From Eledone cirrhosa (taxonomy: Eukaryota): a stretch of DNA of 64,000 nt. The position numbers and the translations under genes were made by a program. Positions 1 to 15,300 of this stretch are shown here, piece by piece (the first letter of the stretch is position 1; each line of letters begins with the position of its first letter). Under the pieces are notes generated by a model. The model made no database searches and was not told the DNA's origin. It saw only the letters and a program-made list of their open reading frames with translations. The stretch lies in the NCBI GenBank assembly GCA_964016885.1, contig OZ024743.1, forward strand, positions 53,816,001-53,880,000. The letters run 5' to 3'.

Positions 1-97
1 AGGGTCGATATAATAAAGTACCAGTAATACACTGGAGTCGACTTTCCCCTCCCCCAAAATTGCTGGCCTTGCGCCTATATAAGAAACCATTATTATA
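1..97 (+). mobile_element. 3' portion of the abundant tRNA-derived SINE (family also at 20103-20480, 45455-45792 etc.)
   Basis: GGGTCGATA..AATAAAGTACCAGT...CCCCTCCCCCAAAATTGCTGGCCTTGCGCC..AGAAACCATTATT matches the 3' half of the copies at 45500-45600 and 45720-45790. Confidence 0.75.
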
Positions 98-104
98 GAA
101 ATGA

Positions 105-198
105 AATGACTTCTACAGGACTAGAACTGTTGCATTCGTGTGAAATCATCATGAATGGTCACACGAATGAAGCAGTTCTAGTCCCATAGAAGTTATTT
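105..198. repeat. Imperfect inverted repeat, related to 62797-62885
   Basis: ACTTCTACAGGACTAGAACTG..CATTCGTGTGA versus TCACACGAATG..CAGTTCTAGTCCCATAGAAGT; same left arm ACTTCTACAGGACTAG recurs near 62800. Confidence 0.6.
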
Positions 199-309
199 CT
201 ATAATAATAATGATGTTTACACTCTCCTACTCTACTAATGTATTGAGTACCTTTTAATCCATGGTTACCCTCGATTTAACTTGGGATCTACTGACACCCA
301 CACCCACAC

Positions 310-355
<46 letters not shown>

Positions 356-1515
356 CAGGCCTCTGTGGTTTCCGTTTAGCAAATTTCTCATATTTCAGTC
401 ATTGGTCAAACTAAAGCTATAAGGATATAGTACAAGATAATTGCTTAAAGTGAGAGAAGCCAGAATCTCTTAGTTGAGAAACGAACTACTTAACCACACA
501 GCCAATCCTGCAACTATATGTAAAATCGAAAGTGAGAAGCTATGCAGTGTTTATGTAACTTTTCTTACACCCAAAACAATATCGAATATTTTTACATTTT
601 ATTGCTGTTCTGCCACAACGAATAGTCTGCTTACATTAGATTGTTTTTAACAAGCAATGTAATTTCACTGACATAGTAAAACATCGCCATATTAATTGCC
701 TTGTCTTATGATATTCAGAGTCAGCTGACCGAAAAGTTAGAACGGATTTTACAGGCGCCAGTTTTAGAAATACAAAAATAAATGAAATAGTAAAAGAGAA
801 TGATGCAAATAAAGAAACATGAATCCAACCCAATAATTTAATAATACGCTCATACAACAACTCATTAAATTAAACTATATTAATATTTTACCAGCTGTTC
901 CTGACAAAACTTTTCAGATGACTATAGGTTTAACACTGGTTTTAACAATATGTCTCCGTGCAATGGACGTGGTTGAAATGGTGGGGGCGAATGAAATACA
1001 TTACAATATTCATTTTCAGTTAACGTGGCTCCTGGCCTTAATCTAGATAAAGTTCTCTTTAACTTTCGTCACTAAAAAAATAATCGATAAATGTAGTTTT
1101 AGTTTTTCACAGATGTATGCAGTCAATTTCTTTTTTCTCGCTCTGATTTTTTTTTTATTGTTTAGTCAGAGAGAAGAGCAGGGTCTCCGTGACTGGCTGG
1201 AGGGGTGAAAGTGAGGAGACATTTTTTAAATCAAGGACCTAGTCCAAATATTTGCCACAGAGTGAATTTACCTAAAGGTATCCAAGAACCAAGTGGTGGT
1301 GTTAAACCAAGCAACAGTTTATGACGGACCCCTCATATAACTACAGAGGGATTTGATCGCAAAACCCACACAAATAACAAAACAAAACAAACAGAACAAA
1401 TACTCCGCGGCAACTCGTCTGACATTGTAACAATTACACTAATCCACCGCCTTTAACCGACACTTTAATGTATCGACTCAGAAACAATGAGAGACAAAGT
1501 AGAACACAGTCTCAT

Positions 1516-3730
1516 CTCTACCACACAAATATACCAAAACATATCCATCCCAACATTATATCTACCTCAAATATATACCTCAACATTAGGTATGTCCACC
1601 TCAAATATGTACCTGAACATTAGGTATGTCTACCTCAAATAACTACCTCAACATTATATCTACCGCACATATCTACCACAACATAGTATCTACCACAATA
1701 TTATATCTACCACAACATAATATCTACCACAAAATTATATCTACCACAACATAATATCTACCACAACATTATATCTACCTCAACATAATATCAACCACAA
1801 CATTATATCTACCACAACATAATATCTACCACAAAATTATATCTACCTCAACATAATATCTACCACGACATTATATCTACCACAGCAATATATCTACCAC
1901 AACATTATATCTACCTCAACATAATATCTACCACAACATTATATCTACCTGAACATAATATCTACCACAACATAATATCTACCACAACATTATATCTACC
2001 TCAACATTATATCTACCACAACATGATATCTACCATAACATTATATCTATCACAGCACAATATCTACCACAACATAATATCTACCACAACATAATATCTA
2101 CCACAATATTATATCTACCTCAACATAATATCTACCACAGCATGATATCTACCACAACATTATATCTACCACAACATTATATATACCTCACCATAATATC
2201 TACCACAACATAATATCTACCACAACATTATATCTACCACAACATAATATCTACCACAACATAATGTCTTCTACCACAACATAATATCTACCACAACATA
2301 ATATCTACCACAACATAATATCTACCACAACATTATATCTACCTCAACATAGTATCTACCCCGACATTATATCTACCACAACCTAATATCTACCACAACA
2401 TGATATTTACCACAACATTATATCTACCTCAACATTACATCTACCACAGCAATATATCTACCACAGCAATATATCTACCACAACATAATATCTACCACAA
2501 CATTATATCTACCACAACATTATATCTACCTCAACATAATATCTACCACAACATTATATTTACCACAACCTAATATCTACCACAACATTATATATACCAC
2601 AACATTATATCTACCACAACATTATATCTACCACAACATTATATCTACCACAACATTATATCTACCACAACATTATATCTACCTCAACATAATATCTACC
2701 ACAACATTATATCTACCACAACATAATATCTACCACAACATTATATCTACCACAACATAATATCTACCACAACATAATATCTACCACAACATTATATCTA
2801 CCTCAACTTAATATCAACCACAACATAATATTTACCACAACATAATACATAATATATACCTCAACATTATATCTACCTCAACATAATATCTACCACAACA
2901 TTATATCTACCACAACATTATATCTACCACAACATAATATCTACCTCAACATTATACCTACCACAACATCATATCTACCACAGCATTATATTTACCACAA
3001 CATAATATCTACCACAGCATAATATCTACCACAACATAATATCTACCACAACATTATATCTACCTCAGACATAAAATCTACCACAACATTATATCTACCA
3101 CAACATTATATCTACCACAACATAATATCTACCTCAACATAATATCTACCACAACATAATATCTACCACAACATTATATCTACCACAACATAATATCTAC
3201 CACAACATTATATCTACCACAACATTATATCTACCACAACATTATATCTACCTCAAGATAATATCTGCCACAACATAATATCTACCACAACATAATACAT
3301 AATATACACCTCAACATTATATCTACCTCAACATAATATCTACCACAACATTATATCTACCACAACATTATATCTACCACAACATAATATCTACCTCAAC
3401 ATTATACCTACCACAACATAATATCTACCACAACATTATATCTACCTCAACATAATATCTACCACAACATTATATCTACCACAACATAATATCTACCACA
3501 ACATTATATCTACCTCAACATAATATCTACCACAACATAATATCTACCACAACATAATATCTACCACAACATAATATCTACCACAACATTATATTTACCA
3601 CAACATAATATCTACCACAACATAATATCTACAACAACATAATATCTACCTCAACTAAATATCTACCACAGCATGATATCTACCACAACCTTATATCTAC
3701 CACAACATTATATTTACCACAACATTATGT
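1516..3730. repeat. 17-bp tandem satellite/minisatellite, consensus ACAT(A/T)ATATCTACC(A/T)CA, roughly 125-130 units
   Basis: Direct periodic repetition; degenerate at the left edge (1516-1680), homogeneous afterwards. Confidence 0.97.
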
Positions 3731-3744
3731 AACACATGTAAATT

Positions 3745-4040
3745 GTCAGCAATAGGTACTAGATAAATGTGGTTTCAGTCTCTGACCGTTGTCGACCAAC
3801 CACTTCAGCAATATGTACCAGGTGAATGTGGCTCTCCCAGACCGTTGTCCACTAACCACTCCAGTAATAGGTACCAGATCAATGTGGTTTCAGTCTTAGA
3901 CCACTGTTGACCTAGCACTCTGCAATATGTACGAGAGCAATGCGGTTCAGTCTTAGACCAAAGTCCACCAATTAGTCTACATTGCTGATAAAAATAAGTA
4001 CCAGATCAATGTGGTTCTGACTCAGACTACAATCCATACT
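3745..4040. repeat. Diverged ~55-60 bp tandem repeat, about 5 units
   Basis: Recurrent CAGCAATA(G/T)GTACCAGATCAATGTGGTTTCAGTCTTAGACC..GTCCAC.AACCACT. Confidence 0.75.
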
Positions 4041-4330
4041 AATTTGCATATAATTAGTGCCTGTATTGCTAATTAATTAAGATATATATTAAGAAATGCG
4101 CTAGCAGCTGAAGTGTATAATCAATTTATATCTGTATATATACAGAGTAGGTACTCGAAACTATATGCAAATTAGTTCGTCAATTTCAGTATAATACTAA
4201 GAGTGAATGGGTAAGTCCTTTAAATACATGTTTGTGGTTGTTTGTTTAGATATATATACAAACGTACAAACATGCTTTTAAAAATATACTGACACACACA
4301 TAAATTTATAAGCAGGCAGACAATGACATG

Positions 4331-4590
4331 TGGAGCCGCGTGACCAAGTGTTGGACTAACGATCATAATGTTGTGGGTTCGATTCCTGGGCCGTGTTATG
4401 TGTTGTGTTCTTGAGGAAAGCAGTATTTCACGTTGCTTCAGTATACTCAGCTTAAAATGAGTACCAGTAATAGTTGGTTTAACCCTGCGATGGACTGGCG
4501 TCCTGTCCAGGGGGACGTCTTGGCCTCTTAATCCCATAACACCACGAAAGCAGGATAAACACCAACATGACGAGCTTCCTGGCTTGAGAC
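4331..4590 (+). mobile_element. tRNA-derived CORE-like SINE
   Basis: B-box GGTTCGATTCC at ~4376; CORE-like TTGTGTTCTTGAGGAAAGCA...CTCAGCT.AAAATGAGTACC; tail AACCCTGCGATGGACTGGCGTCCTGTCCAGGGG typical of metazoan SINE2 elements. Confidence 0.65.
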
Positions 4591-4799
4591 AGACCTTTTT
4601 TTTTAAAGAAAGATTGACATTCACACATACACAAATAACATACGTTTCAAAATACATAAACTTCACACCCACACATCAAACGTTGACAACGTTGCATTTT
4701 TATGAGACCTCTAAATGAAAGGAAGTATTTTTGCACTTTTATCATTGCACATGCGTAACCGGAAGTTTCAGAAAAAAGTATTCCTATATCTTAGTAAGA

Positions 4800-5690
<891 letters not shown>

Positions 5691-6010
5691 CTAGAGAAAG
5701 AAAACTGTACAGAATGTTTGTGGACTTGTAATTAAGAATGTTGATATATTAAAAGTATTCGAGGGTGTAATGTTTCGTTGGATTAGCAAACATCATAGTT
5801 TGTGAAACGGCCGCCATTTTCAAGTGTTGATTTACATTGCTCTGATGATAGAAATTAAAGGCAACCGGATATTGTTTTGTACGGAAAGGAGGAGGTTATT
5901 TTTTTCTTCAAAATACTTACTGAACGTGAAAGTTGAAAACCACACCGATAAAAGTGTAAACTAAAAACTTTTGACAAAATCTACTAAACAAACAAACAAA
6001 TAAATAAATA

Positions 6011-6057
<47 letters not shown>

Positions 6058-6305
6058 TTTCTTTATTAACCACAAGGGTTTACATAAAGTAGACATTAAG
6101 GACAGTGCAGGACAATGCAGGACGGTACAAATGGGCATTTCTGCGTGTAAAAAACAAAAACAGAGGATGTAACAAAAAATAACAATGAAAAATTCCCCAA
6201 TAGGGGGCAGACTTCGGAGGGACATTTGTGGAGAAAGCCCAGTAAAAAGCCACAATGACCCTGACCACCAAGGCAAGTGCCCTCTCCCAGTTTTCCACCT
6301 TTAAT

Positions 6306-9300
6306 TTACAGATATATACTCAGAGTAGACCCATTCACTCGGGCCATTCTTGCTTCTCTCACCCATCTTTCAACAAAATGCTGGGAAGAGAGCACTTCCC
6401 TCTCTACTCTGATTTTCCTTTTCAAATGAAATTTGAAAAAGTCAATCAGAGCATCACCGAAGAGGTAAGTGCTCGTCTTCAGCCCTTTCAAACGTGTCCA
6501 CCATACTATCTCTTTCACCATGGCGACCAGGCAGATAAAAACTGCCTGCCCTTCCCGGCTAAAGGAGGAGGGCGGGGCAATCCTCACGATGGACTCAGAT
6601 GATAGCCGGATCCGTCCTAAACGCGACAGCAGGTGTTCGACATAAACCCACAAGTCAGCAATTTTCGGACACTGGACGAGTGCGTGCAGGACGGTTTCGT
6701 CGCCCTGCGCGCATCTCGGACATGCCCGGCTGACGACACCTCCATGCCTGTAGAGTTTATCCCGAACTGGCAAGGCTCCTCGGTAGCACTGCCAGGCCAG
6801 AGATTTCTGGAAGTTGTCCATAGGCCCTGGCCCGAAAGTTCTTCCGAAGAGATTGGCTAGTTGATTTTCGTCGACGCCTAGAGTTTCCCCAAGTACGTCG
6901 TCGCTCTTCCCCTCCACTAATCCTCTATAGAACGCCGAGGTGGAGTTTCCACCGATCACATTGCCCGATTGGTCGAGGGCTGTGAGCGCCTGAAAACATT
7001 CCAGTCTCCAGGCGCTCCCTCTAGGTCTTCGCTTGACCCAGGACTGCAGCTCCGTCAAGGAAACGAGCTGGGGAAAAACGCGTCTAGCAAACGGCGACCA
7101 CACCTGATCACCGTCGAGGAAGAGGTGGAGATGTCGTAGCCTGAGCGCGTGCCTGCGCATCATCAGCCACGGCCTGCCCAGCCCTCCACGTAGCGGGTGT
7201 TGACAACAGATGGACGGCCTGACCATCGGAGCACGTCCCTTCCACAAAAAGCGAAAGAGCAAACGCTCCAGCGCAGTCAGGCGAGGCTTAGGACAAGGTA
7301 CGACGGTTAGGCGGTAGCAGATGACAGACGCGATGTACGCGTTAGCCACCTCCGCTCGACCTTTCAGGGATAGCTTCCTCTCGGCCCATTTCTTGGTGAG
7401 AGAAGCCACCCTGCTCGTCACCTCGTCCCAGTTTTTGTCCGTCTGGAGGTCCGGACCGAACCAGACCCCTAGCAATTTAACCGGTCCGTCCGTCCAGCGC
7501 CCGACGACGCTGTTGGACGGCATGGACCTGCCTCTCCAGGTGCCGAGCTGCAGGCCCACCGACTTTTCCTGGTTGATCATTGCTCCTGTCACCGCTTCGT
7601 ATTCTCTTAGTGTAGTGCCGATCGCCTCGATGTGTTTGGCGTTCGACACCACTACGGTGACATCGTCCGCATATGCTGACACGGATCTTCCGCATCCTAG
7701 TTCGCGCGGGACTCCCCTCAACGTCTCCAGTTTGTGCAGTAATGGCTCGAGAGTCAATACGTACAAGAGGGACGAGAGGGGACATCCTTGGCGGACCGAG
7801 CGCATGATGTTGAACGGTTCCGACAGGTGACCGTTCACTCTCACCACAGAGCAGATGTCGCTGTGCATGGCAGCGATCCAGCCTCTGAAGACGGGCCCAA
7901 AGCCAGCCGCCCTCAGGACTGCCGCTAGGTAACGATGGTCGACCCTATCGAAAGCTTTCGACTGATCTAAATTGATCAAGGACCCACCCGTGCCAGGTTC
8001 CTTAGCTACCCTCTCTATGATGTATCGCATGAGGTGGAGGTTGTCGTGGATGGATCTGTCGGGAATGGCGCATGTCTGCGCCTCTCCCACCAGACTACCA
8101 ACGACAAGCGCCAACCTCTTTGCTAGCACCTTGGCCAAAATCTTGAACTCTGTGTTTAGCAGAGTTATGGGCCGGAAATTGTCTATGTTATCCCCCTTGT
8201 TCGGATCCTTTCTCAGCAGTGCCACCGCTCCTCGGCTCACAGAACTGGGAATTCTCCCGTTCTGTTGCCAGTTGCAGTAGACGTCCGCCAAGAGGCCTCC
8301 GAACAAGTCTGGCATCTGTACGTAAAGTTCATAGGGCAGACCATCCAAACCAGGCGATTTACCCCTTGTGCAGCCAGTCATTGCCTCCCTTACTTCAGCG
8401 GCTGTTATCGGCTTTTCGCAACACTTCGCCTCAGTGGCCGAGAGCCGCGGCAGTCCGTCGAGGTAGACACTAAAGTCCATCCCTCTACCCGGCCCCCCCG
8501 CTGCCCCCGAACAGCTGAGCGAAGTGTCGCTGAAAAGCTTCACACATTTGCCCGGGATCGAGTAGCATGCGCCCGTCGTGGTCCACCAAAGACCGGATCG
8601 TGGCTTTGTTGCCACGACGCGCCTCCGCCACTCAGGCCCATTGAACGGCTTTCGTCCCCTCGTGTCTGAGAGCACGCACCCTAGCTCTGACAACGCAGCC
8701 TTCGTGCTTTGCATTGAAGAATTGGTCAAGGGCCAATTTCGCCGCAAGCACGTCGGTCGCAATGCCTTTGCTAAGCGCCTCGTCTAATTTTCTAACTAGT
8801 TCTCCCTCTGCTCTATTTTTCTCTATTGCTAAAGCCTTACTAAACCTAATCGATTCTATTCTAATCGCTCTTTTCAGAGCAAACCACCACTTGTTGTTGA
8901 CGATGGCCCACGTCAACGCCCGCTTAACTAGTTCGCTAATCCGGTCTCTGTAGGCCTTGCGCGCTGGTAAGGACGCGTTTAGCTTCCAGTAGCCGGGTCC
9001 TCGTCTATGAAGCCTATCTAAGTCAAGCACACAGGTCACGAATTTGTGATCCGTGTAGCTGACTATCTTGAATTGTGGACAGCCTATGCTAGACCTATCT
9101 ATTTCCCTACAAAATACTCTATCTAGATATGATCTGGATGACCCTATGCGGTTTGTCCAAGTCCACATTGGCACATTCGGGAAATCCAATCGGTACCTGT
9201 CAGACAGTTCAAAACGCCTGAGCAGGTTGGTGAGGCTCTTGCACCCTCCACCCCTATCCGCTAATCTCACACAGTCCCAGCGTGCATCTAAGATCCCGTT

Positions 9301-9726
9301 CCAGTCGCCCACTAACACTAAAGAGCGGGACGTTCCAAGAAAGGTCTCCAGACGCCGGAAGAAATCAGGCCGCCCTGCTCCTGTCGGGGCATAGACGGCC
9401 ACTAGCCTGAAAGCTTGCCCGTCTCCGCTGGTCACGTCCAGCACCACCAGCTTACCCTCTGGGTCCAGGAAGATGGCCCGTATGGCGAGATCCAAACCTC
9501 TCCGAAAAAGCACAGCAACTCCTCCACCGGATCCAGGACGGCTGGGAGATGCGTACACATCGTAGCCGCCGAAGATCGGTGCGAAGGCCCGTGCTTCGGA
9601 GATTCTGGTCTCGCTGATGGCCACTACATCTATGTTTAGTGACCTGAGGTCGTTGAGCAGGTGACCCTGCTTCCATGACGACCCCAAGCCACGCGCATTT
9701 ATGCTGCCTATTCTGAGTGAGGTCAT
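6306..9726 (-). pseudogene. ORF2 of copy A (APE endonuclease-RT-Cys/His domain), disrupted
   Basis: CGA>TGA nonsense at 8632-8634 (CGA in copy B) plus +1 frameshift in the C-run at ~8493-8499; pieces 8632..9726 and 6306..8762 match the intact 1139-aa ORF. Confidence 0.93.
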
Positions 9727-9761
9727 GTTTAAAATAGAGTGGAAAAGATGGGAAAGACCAC

Positions 9762-11893
9762 TTACCGTACTTTTGGTAGAGGAGGGATGGTTTTTACATC
9801 CCTTTTCACTTGATCGTCTGGTGAAGGGACCGTTGAATCGTCCCTTCGGCTGGTCGTCGGCTCTTCTAAGAGAATGTCTGAATATACTCTTCGATTGATG
9901 GTTCCTCCTAGGTCCCTGAAATCACCAACTGCGTTGGGGAATTTCGTTTTAATGTTTGTGTATTGTTTCTGTGCTATTTTTAGCAGTCTTATGTTAGTTG
10001 GCGTTTTGATTGGTGCTGGTATTATGTAGTCCTGTTGTGAAATGTCTGTGTGTTCAATTATGTAAGTCATTAGTTTCTTGTTGTGTGTGTTTATTGCCGT
10101 GCATTTGTTTTTCTGGGGGTGGGTGTGGTTCTGCTATTTTCTTGTCGTTGTTGCTGGGTGTGTGTGTTTTGTTGTTGTGTTTGCGATGTTGGTGCTTGTG
10201 GTGGTGGTGTTGAAGGTGTTGTTGGCGGTGGGGTTGTCGCCGGTGGTGATGGTGGTGCTGGTGTGGGTGGTGATGGTGTTGGTGGTGTTGCTGCTGTGGG
10301 TCTCTTTGCAGTAGACTTTACCCTTTTCTCATTTCTTTCCTCCCTTTTCAAAGGCGACGATGCGCTGCTTCTGCGTTTGTGCCTTCTTGCGACCTTTTGC
10401 CATCCCTCTCCCACCTCACACTCCATGTCTGATTCTGTAAGGTCGGGGAGGGGTACCAGCTCCACTCTTTCACTTGTTGTTGTTGGTGATGTTTGCACTG
10501 GAGTCTCTGTTGCAGCTGCATTTGGTATTGCTGTTGTTGTTGTTAATATTTCCACTGCTGCTGCTGTCTTTGATTTCCGTGGAGTGGGTATGGGTGCCAC
10601 GGACCTATCGTTCCTGGTTGCCGCTTGTCCTGTTGCTGGTAGCCGTGGAGCCGGATTCGGAAGGAGGGGGGTTTTCTCCTTTCTCAGGGTCTTCTCGTTG
10701 CAGAAGGCCCTGAGGTGAGTCTTCGATCCACAGCGAAAGCATTTCGGGCGTTTGCCCTCAACACTTATGGGCAGTTGAGTGCCGTTATCGAAGTCTATCA
10801 CATCCGGGATAGCTTCGATGCACTCCTGGTTGGTTTGGATTAGCATCTCAATGGAGGAGCCGACCCAATCTTCTCTTACTTTTTTCTGTACTTGCAGTAC
10901 AGTTGTTTTGTCCTCGATTCCGACGAGGACAGACGCGGCCAGCCAAGAAGGGGTCATTCCGGGGGGGACGTGGGTCAGTTTGACCCTCACAATTTTTTGC
11001 CCGCAGTAGGAGGGCACCAACACCATTTCCTCGCTCCTTAGGGTCACTACTGATTGGGCCTTTGCCTCCTGGGGTGTGGCAAAAAGTAAGTCTACGGTGG
11101 CGTATTTTTTGCCTCGGGTGATGTGCGTTTTCCGCTGCCACACAGACCCCAAGGCTTTTTGTATTTGGGCCTCTGTGGCTCTTTCCACCCTACGGGATTT
11201 TGTACTTACTGTACGGTACGTGACCGTACAGTGCTCTTGGGTTTCGAAAAAATTTTTCGCTGCCTTGCAGATTGCTCGGTGTCCGTTCTTTGTCACCATC
11301 TTCTTCGCTTCCTCTAATTCCTCATTTGTTATGAGGATTGTTTCCAAGTTTTTCGCAATACCTGCAAATGAGATTGGTTTTTCTCTGCTGTTGTTGTTGT
11401 CGTCAGAGCTGCTGGTACTTTTGTTGTTGCTGCAGGTACTACGACTACTGCCTCCGCCGCTGTTGCTGTGGTTGTTGTTGGTGTTGCTGCTGCTAATGCT
11501 GTTGTTGTTTATGCTGCTGGTGATGCTGTTGCGGCTGCTACTGTTGTTTTCATTGTCACTGTTGCTGTTGTTATTACGGCTGCTACTGCTATTATTCCTG
11601 ACGTCAGACGAATGAACTGGGTTTTCGTATTTCCCGCACACCTGTTTCGTCGCTGTCGTCGTCGTCGTGGAGAAACCTTGCACGCTTTGCACGAGACTTT
11701 TCTTTTCTTTCGTCACTTGCGAAAGAGAAGGGAGGGAGAGAGACACATTTAAAGAAGGGAGGGAGAGAGACAATCTTCTCTCTGCTGTAGTGATGATTGA
11801 GGAAGAAGAAGACGGAATGAGTGGGAGTGACGTATGAAATTTCTTTTTCGTAGCCATGTTGTTTTTTTGTTTAAAATGAAATTTTGGGTACAA
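9762..11893 (-). pseudogene. ORF1 of copy A, frameshifted
   Basis: One G missing at ~10121 relative to copy B splits the 710-aa ORF into 600 aa + 102 aa. Confidence 0.88.
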
Positions 11894-12073
11894 AACCCCA
11901 ATAACTGGTTATTTAACCCCGAAGGGCCAAATAACGGACAGAAACACCCCTCTCACGAGGAGGAGGGTGTCTTTATCAACAATTTGGTTCAAGTTTTAAA
12001 CAATTTACAATTGTTTTAACGGTTAAAAATTACTATACCTTACAGAGCCGAGCCTCCGTCAACCATGGCATTC

Positions 12074-12108
<35 letters not shown>

Positions 12109-12115
12109 TAATGAT
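12074..12115. repeat. 42-bp direct repeat (putative target-site duplication), left copy
   Basis: (AAT)10 AAA AAT AAT GAT identical to 18144-18185, including the diagnostic AAA interruption. Confidence 0.8.
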
Positions 12116-12375
12116 TTCTTTATTGACCACAAGGGTTTACATAAAGTAGACATTAAGGACAGTGCAGGACAATGCAGGACGGTACAAATGGGCATTTCTG
12201 CGTGTAAAAAAACAAAAACAGAGGATGTAACAAAAATAACAATGAAAATAACAATGAAAAAATTCCCCAATAGGGGGGAGACTTCGGAGGGACATTTGTG
12301 GAGAAAGCCCAGTAAAAAGCCACAATGACCCTGACCACCAAGGCAAGTGCCCTCTCCCAGTTTTCCACCTTTAGT

Positions 12376-15300
12376 TTACAGATATATACTCAGAGTCGGC
12401 CCATTCACTCGGGCCATTCTTGCTTCTCTCACCCATTTTTCAACAAAATGCTGGGAAGAGAGCACTTCCTTCTCTACTCTGATTTTCCTTTTCAAATGAA
12501 ATTTGAAAAAGTCAATCAGAGCATCACCGAAGAGGTAAGTGCTCGTCTTCAGCCCTTTCAAACGTGTCCACCATACTATCTCTTTCGCCATGGCCACCAG
12601 ACAGATAAAAACTGCCTGCCCTTCCCGGCTAAAGGAGGAGGGCGGGGCAATCCTCACGATAGACTCAGATGATAGCTGGATCCGTCCTAAACGCGACAGC
12701 AGGTGTTCGACATAAACCCACAAGTCAGCAATTTTCGGACACTGGACGAGTGCGTGCAGGACGGTTTCGTCGCCCTGCGCGCATCTCGGACATGCCCGGC
12801 TGACGGCACCTCCATGCCTGTAGAGTTTATCCCGAACTGGCAAGGCTCCTCGGTAGCACTGCCAGGCCAGAGATTTCTGGAAGTTGTCCATAGGCCCCGG
12901 CCCGAAAGTTCTTCCGAAGAGATTGGCTAGTTGATTTTCGTCGACGCCTAGAGTTTCCCCAAGTACGTCGTCGCTCTTCCCCTCCACTAATCCTCTATAG
13001 AACGCCGAGGTGGAGTTTCCACCGATCACATTGCCCGATTGGTCGAGGGCTGTGAGCGCCTGAAGACATTCCAGTCTCCAGGCGCTCCCTCTCGGTCTTC
13101 GCTTGACCCAGGACTGCAGCTCCGTCAAGGAAACGAGCTGGGGAAAAACGCGTCTAGCAAACGGCGACCACACCTGATCACCGTCGAGGAAGAGGTGGAG
13201 ATGTCGTAGCCTGAGCGCGTGCCTGCGCATCATCAGCCACGGCATGCCCAGCCCTCCACGTAGCGGGTGTTGACAACAGATGGACCGCCTGACCATCGGA
13301 GCGCGTCCCTTCCACAAAAAGCGAAAGAGCAAACGCTCCAGCGCAGTCAGGCGAGGCTTAGGACAAGGTACGACGGTTAGGCGGTAGCAGATGACAGACG
13401 CGATGTACGCGTTAGCCACCTCCGCTCGACCTTTCAGGGATAGCTTCCTCTCCGCCCATTTCTGGGTGAGAGAAGCCACCCTGCTCGTCACCTCGTCCCA
13501 GTTTTTGTCCGTCTGGAGGTCCGGACCGAACCAGACCCCTAGCAATTTAACCGGTCCGTCCGTCCAGCGTCCGACGACGCTGTTGGACGGCATGGACCTG
13601 CCTCTCCAGGTGCCGAGCTGCAGGCCCACTGACTTTTCCTGGTTGATCATTGCTCCTGTCACCGCTTCGTATTCTCTTAGTGTAGTGCCGATCGCCTCGA
13701 TGTGTTTGGCGTTCGACACCACTACGGTGACATCGTCCGCATATGCTGATACGGATCTTCCGCATCCTAGTTCGCGCGGGACCCCCCTCAACGTCTCCAG
13801 TTTGTGCAGTAATGGCTCGAGAGTCAATACGTACAAGAGGGACGAGAGGGGACATCCTTGGCGGACCGAGCGCATGATGTTGAACGGTTCCGACAGGTGA
13901 CCGTTCACTCTCACCACAGAGCAGATGTCGCTGTGCATGGCAGCGATCCAGCCTCTGAAGACGGGCCCAAAGCCAGCCGCCCTCAGGACTGCCGCTAGGT
14001 AACGATGGTCGACCCTATCGAAAGCTTTCGACTGATCTAAATTGATCAAGGACCCACCCGTGCCAGGTTCCCTAGCTACCCTCTCTACGATGTATCGCAT
14101 GAGGTGGAGGTTGTCGTGGATGGATCTGTCGGGAATGGCGCATGTCTGCGCCTCTCCCACCAGACCACCAACGACAAGCGCCAACCTCTTTGCTAGCACC
14201 TTGGCCAAAATCTTAAACTCTGTGTTTAGCAGAGTTATGGGCCGGAAATTGTCTATGTTATCCCCCTTGTTCGGATCCTTTCTCAGCAGTGCCACCGCTC
14301 CTCGGCTCACAGAACTGGGAATTCTCCCGTTCTGTTGCCAGTTGCAGTAGACGTCCGCCAAGAGGCCTCCGAACAAGTTTGGCATTTGTACGTAAAGTTC
14401 ATAGGGCAGACCATCCAAACCAGGCGATTTACCCCTTGTGCAGCCACTCATTGCCTCCCTTACTTCAGCGGCTGTTATCGGCTTTTCGCAACACCTCGCC
14501 TCAGTGGCCGAGAGCCGCGGCAGTCCGTCGAGGTAGACACTAAAGTCCATCCCTCTACCCGGCCCACCGCTGCCCCCGAACAGCTGAGCGAAGTGTCGCT
14601 GAAAAGCTTCACACATTTGCCCGGGATCGAGTAGCATGCGCCCGTCGTGGTCCACCAAAGACCGGATCGTGGCTTTGTTGCCACGACGCGCCTCCGCCAC
14701 TCGGGCCCATTGAACGGCTTTCGTCCCCTCGTGTCTGAGAGCACGCACCCTTGCTCTGACAACGCAGCCTTCGTGCTTTGCATTGAAGAATTGGTCAAGG
14801 GCCAATTTCGCCGCAAGCACGTCGGTCGCAATGCCTTTGCTAAGCGCCTCGTCTAATTTTGTAACTAGTTCTCCCTCTGCTCTATTTTTCTCTATTGCTA
14901 AAGCCTTACTAAATCTAATCGATTCTATTCTAATCGCTCTTTTCAGAGCAAACCACCACTTGTTGTTGACGATGGCCCCCGTCAACGCCCGCTTAACTAG
15001 TTCGCTAATTCGGTCTCTGTAGGCCTTGCGCGCTGGTAAGGACGCGTTTAGCTTCCAGTAGCCGGGTCCTCGTCTATGAAGCCTATCTAAGTCAAGCACA
15101 CAGATCACGAATTTGTGGTCCGTGTAGCTGACTATCTTGAATTGTGGACAGCCTATGCTAGACCTATCTATTTCCCTACAAAATACTCTATCTAGATATG
15201 ATCTGGATGACCCTATGCGGTTTGTCCAAGTCCACATTGGCACATTCGGGAAATCCAATCGGTACCTGTCAGACAGTTCAAAACGCCTGAGCAGGTTGGT

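Larger units (their letters stand above)
6056..12073 (-). mobile_element. Full-length Tx1/L1-group non-LTR retrotransposon, copy A (inactivated)
   Basis: Near-identical to 12113-18143 at ~6070-bp offset; 5' end GAATGCCATGGTTGACGG, 3' end AATAAAGAAATC running into (ATT)n on the minus strand. Confidence 0.95.

Noticed and set aside
1516-3730. CRISPR-like array
   Set aside because: No unique spacers and no cas genes; eukaryotic tandem satellite (same for 30979-31112)
8490-10125. Programmed frameshifting in copy A
   Set aside because: Indels lie in homopolymers and are absent from copy B; mutation or sequencing error is more likely, and an independent nonsense codon is present
12040-12073. U2 snRNA, 5S or tRNA target at the Tx1 junctions
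   Set aside because: No match to those RNAs that I can recognise; flanks are pure AAT repeats
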